Shown here: piece after piece, positions 19,239 through 29,366 of the stretch
Position numbering within the stretch: position 1 is the first letter of the stretch
Layout of the letters: each line of letters starts with the position of its first letter
Origin: Flavobacteriales bacterium
GTDB lineage: Bacteria > Bacteroidota > Bacteroidia > Flavobacteriales > UJ101
Reading direction: 5' to 3'
Length of the DNA: 62,074 nucleotides
Assembly: GCA_047971445.1 (NCBI GenBank)
Contig: JBKDZS010000097.1
Span: 1 to 62,074, forward strand
The notes under the pieces: model-generated
Databases searched by the model: none
What the model saw: only the letters and a program-made list of their open reading frames with translations
Told to the model about the DNA's origin: nothing
Made by a program: the position numbers and the translations under genes

Positions 19239-20891
19239 ATGAAAAACTTTTTCACATTCCACCTTATATTATTTACACAGAGTATTCTATTTTCTCAATT
19301 AACTTTAGGGTTAGAATCAAATTCTCAGTGGTATGTTGATGATCATAAAATTATACTTTCTAAAGAAGATGCTCAAGATCGACTTAGAACCAACACATAC
19401 TTAAAAGCAGACTATTCAATAGGAAACTTTGATTTCATCACTCAATTAGAAATCTATGAAAGCAAATCATTGCTAAACTATTCTCCTGATTTAAAAGGTG
19501 TTGACTTAGGAATTATTCAAGCTAAATATCAAAACTATAAAGGAAACTTAGAAATTACCGCGGGTCACTTTTATGAGCAATTTGGAAATGGATTGATACT
19601 AAGATCTTGGGAAGATCGTCAAATAGGAATTAACAATGCTCTTTTAGGAGCGCGATTAAAGTATAGTCCAACAAAAGGAGTCAACACTATATTTTTAGGA
19701 GGTAAACAACGTGTTGGAATGGGGTTTAACTTAGCCGAAGGAACTCTTTACGGAGTTGACATTGAAACTAACCTATCAACCTTATCATCTTGGGAACACA
19801 CAGACCTTTCGGTTGGGTTCAGCTATATTGGGAAGTATGAAAATCAAGTAGAAGAATATCCTTCATTACCCAAAATAGTTAACCTTTTTTCCAGCAGAGT
19901 CAATTTTTCTTCAGGAAACTTCTATTCTGGAGCTGAATATGTTTATAAGTCTAAGGATGCTTTAGTAGCATATAATATTATTAATCCTGAAAGTCAACAT
20001 AAAGGGAATGCCCTATTATTAAATTTTGGTTACTCAAAAAAAGGACTAGGAATGGATGTTAATTTGAGAAGACTAGAAAATATGAGTCTATATTCTGAAT
20101 CAGCTTTAGGAGGAAACATATACAATACAGGTATTGTAAATTATTTACCTGCTCTAACAAAACAATATGATTATGCACTACAAAATATCTACATCTATCA
20201 GTCACAACCTAACCTGTCTTTTGATCCACTTCAAAAATCTGGTGAAATAGGAGGCCAATTTGACTTATTCTACAAAATAAAAAAAGGTTCTCTTATTGGT
20301 GGTAAATATGGCATTGATCTGTCATTAAATGGATCTTATTGGGCAGGGTTAGATAGTGAATTTGATATTCTAAAAAAGTCATATCATGCTGAATTTTTAA
20401 GTTTTGGCGAAAAATATTATCAAGATCTTGGCCTAGAAATCAAAAAGAAATGGTCCAACAAATGGTCTTCTATTTTCTCTTATTTAAATCAATTTTATAA
20501 CAAGCGATATATTGAAGAAACTATTGGTGAAGTTAATACAAATATAGCCGTAGCAGAGACCACTTATAAAATTGATCGAAAGAAATCTATTCGAGTAGAT
20601 TTGCAACATCTATGGGCTGATTCAGACACTAAAAATTGGTTAGGTGGAACTATTGAATTCAATCTTAATCCTAACTTTTCAATATATGCTCATGACATTT
20701 ACAACTACGGTCATAATAATGAACTTAAACGGCTTCATTATTATAATTTTGGATCAAATTTTACAAAGGGATCTACTAGAATTGGCACCCAATACGGTCG
20801 TCAACGAGGTGGACTTTTATGTGTTGGCGGAGTTTGTAGAATTATGTCACAATCTTCAGCTTTAACACTTCATATTTCTACTCGCTTTTAA
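19239..20891 (+). CDS. DUF6029 family predicted outer-membrane beta-barrel
   Basis: Sec signal, G.FYEQFGNGL.LR.WEDR, C-terminal YGRQRGGLLCVGGVCR, terminal Phe. Confidence 0.8.
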   Translation: MKNFFTFHLILFTQSILFSQLTLGLESNSQWYVDDHKIILSKEDAQDRLRTNTYLKADYSIGNFDFITQLEIYESKSLLNYSPDLKGVDLGIIQAKYQNYKGNLEITAGHFYEQFGNGLILRSWEDRQIGINNALLGARLKYSPTKGVNTIFLGGKQRVGMGFNLAEGTLYGVDIETNLSTLSSWEHTDLSVGFSYIGKYENQVEEYPSLPKIVNLFSSRVNFSSGNFYSGAEYVYKSKDALVAYNIINPESQHKGNALLLNFGYSKKGLGMDVNLRRLENMSLYSESALGGNIYNTGIVNYLPALTKQYDYALQNIYIYQSQPNLSFDPLQKSGEIGGQFDLFYKIKKGSLIGGKYGIDLSLNGSYWAGLDSEFDILKKSYHAEFLSFGEKYYQDLGLEIKKKWSNKWSSIFSYLNQFYNKRYIEETIGEVNTNIAVAETTYKIDRKKSIRVDLQHLWADSDTKNWLGGTIEFNLNPNFSIYAHDIYNYGHNNELKRLHYYNFGSNFTKGSTRIGTQYGRQRGGLLCVGGVCRIMSQSSALTLHISTRF

Positions 20892-20950
20892 TGTAGTTTA
20901 ATTACTTCTCTTCTTCTACTTCATTTTTAATTATACAATCCAAAAAAAGT

Positions 20951-20981
20951 TTTGTGATAATGATTTTCTATACTATATTTG
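20951..20981 (+). promoter_or_regulatory. Promoter of tRNA-Arg/Gly/Thr cluster
   Basis: TTTG (20951) - 19 nt - TATATTTG (20974-20981). Confidence 0.8.
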
Positions 20982-21000
20982 CAACCGCAAACAGCATAAT

Positions 21001-21074
21001 GGCCACGTAGCTCAATTGGATAGAGTACTTGATTACGGCTCAAGAGGTTGGGGGTTCGACTCCTCCCGTGGTCA
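21001..21074 (+). tRNA. tRNA-Arg(ACG)
   Basis: GGCCACG/CGTGGTC acceptor, CTTGA-TTACGGC-TCAAG anticodon arm. Confidence 0.93.
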
Positions 21075-21087
21075 CTTTTGTTTACAA

Positions 21088-21160
21088 GCGGGAATAGCTC
21101 AATTGGTAGAGCATCAGCCTTCCAAGCTGAATGTTGCGGGTTCGAGTCCCGTTTCCCGCT
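21088..21160 (+). tRNA. tRNA-Gly(TCC)
   Basis: GCGGGAA/TTCCCGC acceptor, TCAGC-CTTCCAA-GCTGA arm. Confidence 0.94.
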
Positions 21161-21176
21161 CAAACAACTATCTTTT

Positions 21177-21250
21177 GCCGATGTAGCTCAGCTGGCTAGA
21201 GCAGCTGATTTGTAATCAGCAGGTCGTGGGTTCGAGTCCCTCCATCGGCT
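21177..21250 (+). tRNA. tRNA-Thr(TGT)
   Basis: GCCGATG/CATCGGC acceptor, GCTGA-TTTGTAA-TCAGC arm. Confidence 0.94.
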
Positions 21251-21280
21251 CTCTATTTTTTAATACGTTATTTCTCATAA

Positions 21281-21322
21281 AAAAGAAATCCGTACTAACT
21301 TTAATCTTTACGGTATTCTTTT
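21281..21322. terminator. Probable bidirectional terminator
   Basis: AAAAGAA.TCCGTA...TACGG.ATTCTTTT imperfect hairpin between tRNAs and convergent yqeY. Confidence 0.5.
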
Positions 21323-21771
21323 TAGCTTAGTAATGATTTTGTAATTTGAGAAATCATTTTTCCATCTGATTTCCCAGCTAATTGTTTTGTAGCAACGTCC
21401 ATTACTTTCCTCATATCTCTTAAAGATTCAGCACCTACCTGTATTATAATTTCTTTCAAAACAGCTGTCACTTCTTCTTCTGACATTTGCTCTGGTAAAA
21501 ATTGCTCAATTATTTCTGACTGAGCAAGCTCTTCATCTGCCATATCTTGTGCTCCTTGAGCTATAAACTGTTCAGCAGCCTCCTTTCGTTGTTTCACTTC
21601 CCTTTGAAGAAGTTTTAACTCATCCTCTTTCGAAAGTTCTCCCGAAGCTCCCGATTCAGTTTTTACTTTTAAAATAGCTGTTTTTATAGCTCTTAATGAT
21701 GCCAAAGCTACTTGATCTTTATTTTTCATAGCAGCTTTTAACTGCTCCATTATATCTTTTTCTAAACTCAT
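21322..21771 (-). CDS. GatB/YqeY domain protein
   Basis: LKAAMK.KD, KQRKEA..QF, FLPEQMS, DGK. Confidence 0.92.
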   Translation of the reverse strand: MSLEKDIMEQLKAAMKNKDQVALASLRAIKTAILKVKTESGASGELSKEDELKLLQREVKQRKEAAEQFIAQGAQDMADEELAQSEIIEQFLPEQMSEEEVTAVLKEIIIQVGAESLRDMRKVMDVATKQLAGKSDGKMISQITKSLLS

Positions 21772-21808
21772 ATTCTGTATAATTTATATGAATATTTAAA
21801 ACCTCATT

Positions 21809-23584
21809 TTAGTCTACATTATCATGTAAAAACGAATTGTTTTCACGGATTTGTAGCTCATTTTGTGAATCTTTATTTAACGACAAACGTGAAGTATTAT
21901 TTATTGATGTCTCTTCAGGTAACTCTATCCCCTGTCTTTTATAAGCTGGTATGCGCTCTGAATCTTCAATATCTTTGATACTTTGTTTGAATTTATAACT
22001 AAATGATTTTAATTTGTCTCTTCGATCCTCAATTGTTTTTGAAGTTACTTCTTTCAAAGTAGAAAAAGGTGTATCAAAAGGCGAGTCATTATTCTGATTT
22101 TTTAGTTGTTTAACATCAGGCGCCTCCATTTCAATTTTTTTCACTTCAAAACCATATTTCTCCAAATTATCCTCTTGTTCAATCAAGTTATTGGTTTCAA
22201 AAGAATCATCCACTATTTCTTTTTTCTCAGACTCTAAATTAAATTCGAATGAAAAATCTTCTACTTTCGTTTCTCTATTTCTTTCAACTGCAACAAATTT
22301 TTCTTCTTTTTCGAAATTGGGAGTTACTGCAACTTCTTCTTCCTCAAGCAAAGTGTGTACTATCCTGTTTTCACGATGACTTAGTGATTTTATTTCTTCT
22401 CCAAAAAGATTTTGCTGTTTTTCTTGTTGATTAAGTTGAGTTTTTTGCTCTACTACGGTATTTATTTCAGATTTTTTTAGAATAGGGTTTGATGTATCTT
22501 CAACTTCTTTCGTAACAGGTACTGTTTCTGGAGATAACACTTTTGTAATAGGCTGATCTTCTAGCAATGTATGAACTGTTTTTTTCTCTTCACGAGAAAA
22601 CTTTTGCTCTCCTGAAGGAAATCCTGTTGCTACAATCGTAACACGAATTGAGTCTCCCAAATCCTCATCTTCTCCAATACCCATTATAATATTAGCATTA
22701 TAACCTGCTTCAGTTTGAATATAGTCGTTTATGGTACCTATTTCATCAATCGTAATTTCTTCATTACCTGAAACAATCAATAATAACACATTTTTAGCTC
22801 CTGTAATTTTATTGTTATTTAGTAAAGGAGAATCTAAAGCGTCTATGATCGCTTCCTTTGCTTTATCGTCACCCGAAGCAATAGCAGAACCCATAATAGC
22901 TGTTCCACTATCAGCTAATACTGTTTTAGCATCTCGTAAATCGATATTTTGCTTATAATGATTCGTTATCACTTCCGCAATTCCTTTTGAGGCTATTGCT
23001 AAAACTTCATCTGCTTTTGCAAATCCTGTTTTAAAACCTAAATTTCCATACAGCTCTCTTAATTTATCGTTGTTAATAACAATCAGAGAATCTACATTAT
23101 CCTGTAACTCTTCAACTCCAGCCTCAGCTTGTTCCATTCTTCTAGTTCCTTCAAAATAGAAAGGAACTGTAACAATTCCCACGGTTAGAATCCCAGCCTC
23201 TTTAGCCATACCAGCAATGATAGGTGCTGCTCCTGTTCCTGTTCCTCCTCCCATTCCAGCTGTAATAAAAACCATTTTAGTATTGGTATCTAAAATAGCT
23301 TTTACTTCTTCTGCACTTTCTAATGCTGCTTGCTTTCCTACTTCTGGATTTGCCCCAGCACCTAGTCCTTCGGTTATTGAAGCTCCTAATTGAATTTTAT
23401 TAGGAACAGGGCTGTTATTTAATGCTTGTGCATCTGTATTACAAATTACAAAATCTACTCCTGAAATTCCTTCTTCAAACATGTGATTTACAGCATTACT
23501 TCCTCCCCCTCCAACACCAATTACTTTTATTGATGCAGACTTATGTTTTGGCAAATCAAAAACAATTCCTTGACTGTTACTCAT
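21809..23584 (-). CDS. ftsZ: Cell division protein FtsZ
   Basis: GVGGGGSNAV, GMGGGTGTG; long linker; C-terminal FLHDNVD. Confidence 0.98.
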   Translation of the reverse strand: MSNSQGIVFDLPKHKSASIKVIGVGGGGSNAVNHMFEEGISGVDFVICNTDAQALNNSPVPNKIQLGASITEGLGAGANPEVGKQAALESAEEVKAILDTNTKMVFITAGMGGGTGTGAAPIIAGMAKEAGILTVGIVTVPFYFEGTRRMEQAEAGVEELQDNVDSLIVINNDKLRELYGNLGFKTGFAKADEVLAIASKGIAEVITNHYKQNIDLRDAKTVLADSGTAIMGSAIASGDDKAKEAIIDALDSPLLNNNKITGAKNVLLLIVSGNEEITIDEIGTINDYIQTEAGYNANIIMGIGEDEDLGDSIRVTIVATGFPSGEQKFSREEKKTVHTLLEDQPITKVLSPETVPVTKEVEDTSNPILKKSEINTVVEQKTQLNQQEKQQNLFGEEIKSLSHRENRIVHTLLEEEEVAVTPNFEKEEKFVAVERNRETKVEDFSFEFNLESEKKEIVDDSFETNNLIEQEDNLEKYGFEVKKIEMEAPDVKQLKNQNNDSPFDTPFSTLKEVTSKTIEDRRDKLKSFSYKFKQSIKDIEDSERIPAYKRQGIELPEETSINNTSRLSLNKDSQNELQIRENNSFLHDNVD

Positions 23585-23621
23585 AATGTGATTATTTCAA
23601 ATTGGTTTTTCTTTTCTATTT

Positions 23622-25001
23622 CTACTCCGTATCGTTGAACATTTGACGAAATTTATCAGCCCATTTTTCAAAAAATGTGATTTCCTGAGCCCCTTCCTTT
23701 TCCATTCTTTTTTCTTTATGTACCTCTTTTACTGCTTGAGCTTCTACAATTGGACGATCGAAATTACTTACCGACTCTTCCACTTTAGACTGTAACTCAT
23801 CCACAATAATATCTGCTTCTTTGGTTTCTGTGGTGTCAAGCTTTCTTTCTAAGCCCTTTATTAACAAACCTGTTGCTGTTGCAAATTCAGGACTTGATAG
23901 ACTTTCATTCTGACCTCCTGCCAAGTGTTCATTAGGCAATCCTATTCTAACATCCATCCCTGTAATAAACTCTGTCAATTGTCGAATATGCTTAAGTTTA
24001 GAACCTCCTCCTGTCATTACAATTCCAGCAATAAGTTTCTTTTTTTGTTCTTCATGTCCATAATTCTTAATTTCTAAATAAGCTTGTTCCATAATTTCTC
24101 GAACACGTGCATTAATAACTTCAGAAAGTGTTTTCATGGAAATTTCTTTAGGATCCCGACCTCTAAGTCCTGGGATAGAAACAATCTCCGTTTCCGAATT
24201 TTCTCCAGGCCATGCAGATCCAAATTTCACTTTTAACAGTTCTGCTTGACGCTCAATTATAGAACACCCTGATTTTATATCTTCTGTAATAATATTTCCT
24301 CCAAAAGGAATTACAGCTGTATGACGAATAATATTATCTTTAAAAACAGCAATATCTGTTGTACCTCCTCCTATATCAACTAAAGCAACTCCTGCTTCTT
24401 TTTCTTCGTAACCTAATACCGCTTCTGATGAGGCTAAAGGTTCTAATGTAATTCCTGCTAAATTCAATCCTGTACTTTTAACACAACGTGCAATATTTTT
24501 AATTGAAGATACATGACCTACAACCACGTGAAAATTGGCTTCTAATCGACGTCCATACATCCCCACTGGCTCACGAATTTCACCCTGTCCATCAACTTTA
24601 TACTCTTGAGGTAAAACGTGTATAATTTCTTCTCCAGGTAACATAACAAGTTTATGTACCTGATTGATTAATTTTTCAATATCATTTTCATCGATAACTT
24701 CTTCATTATTTTCACGTGTGATATAATCACTATGCTGTAAACTTCTGATATGTTGACCCGCAATACCTACTACAACATCTTTAATTTCAACTCCAGAGGA
24801 ACGCTCTGCTTCTTGAATAGCTTCTTGAATTGAATTGATAGTTTGTGTTATATTACTTACAACACCTCGATGCACTCCTAAACTCTTTGCTTTTCCTAAA
24901 CCTAAAACCTCTACTTTATCATGTTCGTTTTTACGTCCTACGATAGCCACTATCTTGGTTGTTCCTATATCTAACCCTACTGAAATGTCTTGATAGTCCA
25001 T
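23622..25001 (-). CDS. ftsA: Cell division protein FtsA
   Basis: GLDIGTTKI, LEPLAS, DIGGGTTD, TGGGS. Confidence 0.97.
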   Translation of the reverse strand: MDYQDISVGLDIGTTKIVAIVGRKNEHDKVEVLGLGKAKSLGVHRGVVSNITQTINSIQEAIQEAERSSGVEIKDVVVGIAGQHIRSLQHSDYITRENNEEVIDENDIEKLINQVHKLVMLPGEEIIHVLPQEYKVDGQGEIREPVGMYGRRLEANFHVVVGHVSSIKNIARCVKSTGLNLAGITLEPLASSEAVLGYEEKEAGVALVDIGGGTTDIAVFKDNIIRHTAVIPFGGNIITEDIKSGCSIIERQAELLKVKFGSAWPGENSETEIVSIPGLRGRDPKEISMKTLSEVINARVREIMEQAYLEIKNYGHEEQKKKLIAGIVMTGGGSKLKHIRQLTEFITGMDVRIGLPNEHLAGGQNESLSSPEFATATGLLIKGLERKLDTTETKEADIIVDELQSKVEESVSNFDRPIVEAQAVKEVHKEKRMEKEGAQEITFFEKWADKFRQMFNDTE

Positions 25002-25004
25002 AGA

Positions 25005-25727
25005 TTATTTTTTTTCTGCAACTATTTGATTTTTATATTGAAGATTGATTCTTCTATACCGATCAAAACCAACTTTGGTTAAATATTGATCGTAAAAGAG
25101 TCTGAGCTTTGTAAATTTCTGATCAAAATCTTCTAAATTTCCAAACTCAATATCAAACTTACCTTTATTAACTTTTAAAATAAATGAATTTTTTTGCTCC
25201 TTTTTGACTCCTGTAATATTTTTTTTCAACAAGTTATCCCCATTAATAAACTTGATTAAGTTTACCAAAGGTTTATACTCTAAAGAGTCTATTTTTCCTT
25301 CTACAAGTAATGCATTAGTGGAATATATATCTGATAAAGGAATCTTTTCGTATTCATCTGTAATATAATACTCTTCCTCTCTATTTTTTATTCGAACTAT
25401 AGGTCTTTTTTGAATAATTTCTGTAATTAATTCCCCTTTTGGCGTTTTATATGCATCAGCTTTTTTTACAAAAGGATTTTTGGATAACCAAAACTCAATA
25501 CTGTCTACTTTAATATCTTTTATTCTAGAAGAATCTAATTTCATATTTTTAGCAAGTATTAAATGAATTATGCTATCGTTAATAAAATCACTTCCTTCTT
25601 TACTTATATTTTTAGAATAAATTTTTACAATAGGCCGCTCTTGATTTTTCTTAACGAAAAAAACAGCTAAAACCAAAAAGCCAACCAAGGCTATAATTGC
25701 CAATATGTAAGGTACGCTACCTTTCAT
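25005..25727 (-). CDS. ftsQ: Cell division protein FtsQ
   Basis: Single TM, position murC-ftsA, C-terminal INLQYKNQIV. Confidence 0.85.
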   Translation of the reverse strand: MKGSVPYILAIIALVGFLVLAVFFVKKNQERPIVKIYSKNISKEGSDFINDSIIHLILAKNMKLDSSRIKDIKVDSIEFWLSKNPFVKKADAYKTPKGELITEIIQKRPIVRIKNREEEYYITDEYEKIPLSDIYSTNALLVEGKIDSLEYKPLVNLIKFINGDNLLKKNITGVKKEQKNSFILKVNKGKFDIEFGNLEDFDQKFTKLRLFYDQYLTKVGFDRYRRINLQYKNQIVAEKK

Positions 25728-27060
25728 TTAACCATTTGTTTATCGGTTCTACTAATAAGTCTATGCTTCCTGCCCCTACAGTAAGTAGCACATCAAATTC
25801 TTTTTCTTTGATCTTTTCAAGTGTATCTTCTAAAGTACCTATTTCTTTTTCTTCCAATTCTATTTTCGATAATAACCATTTTGATGTCACTCCCTCAATA
25901 GGTAATTCTCTTGCGGGATATATATCCATTAAAATTAATTCATCTACTCGGGCAAGACTTTTAGCAAAATCTTCTATAAAATCTTGTGTTCTACTAAACA
26001 AGTGCGGCTGAAATACAACTAATAGCTTTTTATTTGGAAACATTTCTCTTACAGCATCAAAAGTAGCATTTAACTCTGTAGGGTGATGTGCATAATCATC
26101 AATGTAGACAACTTCCTTATTGTAATGAATTGAAAAGCGTCGCTTAATTCCTTTAAACGTTTGTATCGATTTTTTAATTTCTTCTAAACTTAAGCCTGTT
26201 TCTAACGCCATAGAAATAGCAGCTAATGCATTTTCAATATTATGACGTCCTGGTAAATACAATTTAAAATCTTTATACAGCTTATCCTTATTCCATACAT
26301 TAAAAACAAAAGCACCATTTTCAATTCGAACATCCTTTGCTATAAAATCAGCGGGCTCTTCAATTGCGTATGTAATTCCTTGAATTGGCAATCCTTTTTT
26401 CGTAATTAGAACCCCTTTTTCAGATAATTTATTTACAAAATCTTGAAAAGATTCTTCCAGCGCTGTATGTTCTTTATAAATATCCAAATGGTCTGCATCC
26501 ATAGATGTAATGGCAATCACATCAGGAGATAGTTTTAAAAAAGAACGATCAAACTCATCCGCCTCTACAACAGAATATTGGTTTCCTCCTAAAATTAAAT
26601 TGGAATTATAATTTTCACAAATTCCTCCTAAAAAAGCAGTACTTTCAACCTTATTTTCATGCAGAATATGTCCCAGTAAACTGGTTGTTGAAGTTTTACC
26701 ATGCGTCCCAGCTACTGCTAGACAAGTTGTATTTTTTGTTATTAATCCTAAAACTTCTGAGCGTTTGTACAGTTGAAACCCTCGTTTAGTTAATTCGTTT
26801 CTTTGAATATGATTTTCGGGAATAGCTGGAGTATAAACCACTAATGAATTTTTGGATGTCATTTCTTTTGGAATTGACTCCACTAGATCTTCATATGTAA
26901 TATAAATCCCTTCTGATTCTAATCTCTGTGTTAAAAGGGTTGGTGTTTTATCATATCCTAACACCTGTTTACCAACAGATTTAAAATAACGCGCTAAGGC
27001 ACTCATACCAATCCCTCCAATTCCAAGAAAGTAAACGTTATGTAATTCTCTTAAATTCAT
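25717..27060 (-). CDS. murC: UDP-N-acetylmuramate-L-alanine ligase
   Basis: GIGGIGMSALA, AGTHGKTSTT, EADEFD, DDYAHHPTE, FQPH. Confidence 0.97.
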   Translation of the reverse strand: MNLRELHNVYFLGIGGIGMSALARYFKSVGKQVLGYDKTPTLLTQRLESEGIYITYEDLVESIPKEMTSKNSLVVYTPAIPENHIQRNELTKRGFQLYKRSEVLGLITKNTTCLAVAGTHGKTSTTSLLGHILHENKVESTAFLGGICENYNSNLILGGNQYSVVEADEFDRSFLKLSPDVIAITSMDADHLDIYKEHTALEESFQDFVNKLSEKGVLITKKGLPIQGITYAIEEPADFIAKDVRIENGAFVFNVWNKDKLYKDFKLYLPGRHNIENALAAISMALETGLSLEEIKKSIQTFKGIKRRFSIHYNKEVVYIDDYAHHPTELNATFDAVREMFPNKKLLVVFQPHLFSRTQDFIEDFAKSLARVDELILMDIYPARELPIEGVTSKWLLSKIELEEKEIGTLEDTLEKIKEKEFDVLLTVGAGSIDLLVEPINKWLNER

Positions 27061-27074
27061 TCAATTTCCTTAAG

Positions 27075-28199
27075 CTAATTATGCTTTTTATTCTCTTTTA
27101 AAATTTTATATACCTCATCTACAATATTTGTTGTAGCATCAGGCTTTCCTAATTTTTTAATATTTTCCCCCATTTGCCTCAAACCTTCATCATCTTGTAT
27201 TAATTTTAAAACCGTCGGAACCAATTCTTCATTAGCCACAGCATCTTTTATCATCAATGCTGCTCCCTCTTTTACTAAAGTTTCTGCATTTTTAGTTTGA
27301 TGATCTTCTGCTGCCCAAGGTAAGGGCAACAAAACAACAGGCTTTCCAACTAAACACAATTCTGAAATAGCAATAGCTCCTGCACGTGAAACAATTAAAT
27401 CTGCTGCAACATAAGCCATTTTCATTTCATGTATAAACTCTAAAATTTTAATATTATCTACTTGTAAACTTATGTCTTCATTCAAGCTTTTAAAATCTCT
27501 ACTGCCTGTTTGCCAAATTAGTTGAATATTCGAAGTTTTTATTTTTTCAATTTGTGCTTTCCAAGCATTATTTTTATTTTGAGAACCTAAACTACCTCCT
27601 ACTGAAAGAATGGTTTTTTTTCCTTCTTCTAGTCCAAAAAATGTTAAAGCTTCTTTTTTTGTTGGTAGGTTTTGAAATATTTCTGCTCGAATCGGATTTC
27701 CTGTAACTTGTACGTAATCATTTTTAAAAATTTTATTTAAACCTTCATAAGCGACACAAATGGAAGCTGCCCTCTGAGCTAATTTTTTATTAGTTATTCC
27801 TGGATAAGAATTTTGTTCTTGTATTAATGTTGGAATTTTTTTCTGTGAGGCCATATATAAAATAGGACCCGAAGCAAAACCTCCTGTTCCAATAACAATG
27901 TCTGGCTTAAAATTTTGTATAATTTTTCTTGAGTTCCATAACGAACTCATTACCTTGAAAGGAAATTTTAGTAATTCCCATGATAGCTTACGACTCAAAC
28001 CTGAAATCCACAACCCTTTTATTTCATATCCCGCAGCAGGAACTTTTTGCATTTCCATCTTATCTTCAGCTCCAACAAAAAGAAATTGCGCCTTTGGTTC
28101 ACGTCTCTTTATTTCATTGGCTATAGCTATTGCAGGATAGATATGCCCTCCTGTTCCTCCACCACTTATGATAAACTTATGCGATTTGGTCAAATTCAT
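27075..28199 (-). CDS. murG: MurG glycosyltransferase
   Basis: GGGTGGHIYP, EQN, GNPIR, GGSLG, SRAGA, HQ.KNA. Confidence 0.97.
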   Translation of the reverse strand: MNLTKSHKFIISGGGTGGHIYPAIAIANEIKRREPKAQFLFVGAEDKMEMQKVPAAGYEIKGLWISGLSRKLSWELLKFPFKVMSSLWNSRKIIQNFKPDIVIGTGGFASGPILYMASQKKIPTLIQEQNSYPGITNKKLAQRAASICVAYEGLNKIFKNDYVQVTGNPIRAEIFQNLPTKKEALTFFGLEEGKKTILSVGGSLGSQNKNNAWKAQIEKIKTSNIQLIWQTGSRDFKSLNEDISLQVDNIKILEFIHEMKMAYVAADLIVSRAGAIAISELCLVGKPVVLLPLPWAAEDHQTKNAETLVKEGAALMIKDAVANEELVPTVLKLIQDDEGLRQMGENIKKLGKPDATTNIVDEVYKILKENKKHN

Positions 28200-29337
28200 T
28201 TCGTATTATTCTTTCGTTTTGTAATTCTTCTTTAGATTTTATGGCACGACTTACACTTAGGATAACTCCAAAAGCAAAACAGGTTACCCAAATTGAAGTA
28301 CCTCCTGCACTTACCATGGGTAACGTTTGACCTGTTACTGGAATTAAATTTACAGCAACAGCCATGTTTGAAAATGCTTGGAATAGGATAGGTAATCCGA
28401 CGGCCAAAATGAGTAATGTTCCAAAAAATGTATGAATTTTGGTTGTATTCACTAGTATACGCCATAAAATTAGTAAGTATAAAAAAATCAATAAAAGCCC
28501 TCCTACAGCACTATACTCTTCTACAATTAATGCATAAATAAAATCTGAAGAAGCTTGTGGCAATTTATATTTAAAATGACTTTTTCCCGGCTTTGGCAAA
28601 CCAACTAACCCTCCGTTTACAATAGCTGATTTTGCTATATAAACTTGATAATCTTCTGCTATATCTTTATCACGATCCACAAATCGCTCAATTCGGTTTT
28701 TCCAAGTTTCAATTCTATTTGGGAAAGCATCAGGAAAAGTATATGACAAGGCAATAAACAACGTTGCCAATAGCATCATTGAACTTATTACTAGCGCTAA
28801 GTATTTTAACGGGTACCCTCCTATAAAGAGTAACATACTAACCATCCCTAAAACTAATAAAGCTGTAGAACCGTTTGCCGGAAAAATCAATCCTACAATA
28901 ATCAAAACAGGCACTATTAAGGGTGCTAGTGTTTCTTTAAATGTGATTTTTTTATCTTTTATTTTCACTAAATATCGAGCCACATATATCATCAAAACAA
29001 TGGATGCTAAGGTAGACGTTTGAAACCCTATTCCTAAGCCTGGTATTTTCAACCATCGTGATGCATTTGCTCCTTCCATAGTAGTTCCCTGCATTAAAGT
29101 TAACAGCAACAATATAATTACTACAGGCAAAGCTAAAACAGCAATACCTCCAAAATACTTATACTCTATATAATGCGTAAAATAAATAATGATAAATCCT
29201 ATTATTAAAAAAACCAGATGCTTCAACGGGCTAATTTCTCCCGCAGAATAAACTGGTAAAAAAGAAAAAATAGCTAGAAGCAATATAAATGCCCACAAAT
29301 ATCGATCACCTTGTATGTTATTCAAAAATGCTTTCAC
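28177..29337 (-). CDS. ftsW: SEDS protein FtsW
   Basis: ASRW, SDFIYA...EE, PVTGQTLP.VS.GGTS; dcw position. Confidence 0.93.
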   Translation of the reverse strand: MKAFLNNIQGDRYLWAFILLLAIFSFLPVYSAGEISPLKHLVFLIIGFIIIYFTHYIEYKYFGGIAVLALPVVIILLLLTLMQGTTMEGANASRWLKIPGLGIGFQTSTLASIVLMIYVARYLVKIKDKKITFKETLAPLIVPVLIIVGLIFPANGSTALLVLGMVSMLLFIGGYPLKYLALVISSMMLLATLFIALSYTFPDAFPNRIETWKNRIERFVDRDKDIAEDYQVYIAKSAIVNGGLVGLPKPGKSHFKYKLPQASSDFIYALIVEEYSAVGGLLLIFLYLLILWRILVNTTKIHTFFGTLLILAVGLPILFQAFSNMAVAVNLIPVTGQTLPMVSAGGTSIWVTCFAFGVILSVSRAIKSKEELQNERIIRNEFDQIA

Positions 29338-29366
29338 TTTTTTGATACTCTATTAGATTTCTTAAC

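Noticed and set aside
20927..21163. 78-aa minus-strand ORF (MSGKRDSNPQHSAWKADALPIEL...)
   Set aside because: Antisense shadow of tRNA-Gly and tRNA-Arg, a classic spurious ORF
21809..22600. Very long acidic FtsZ linker
   Set aside because: Typical of flavobacterial FtsZ
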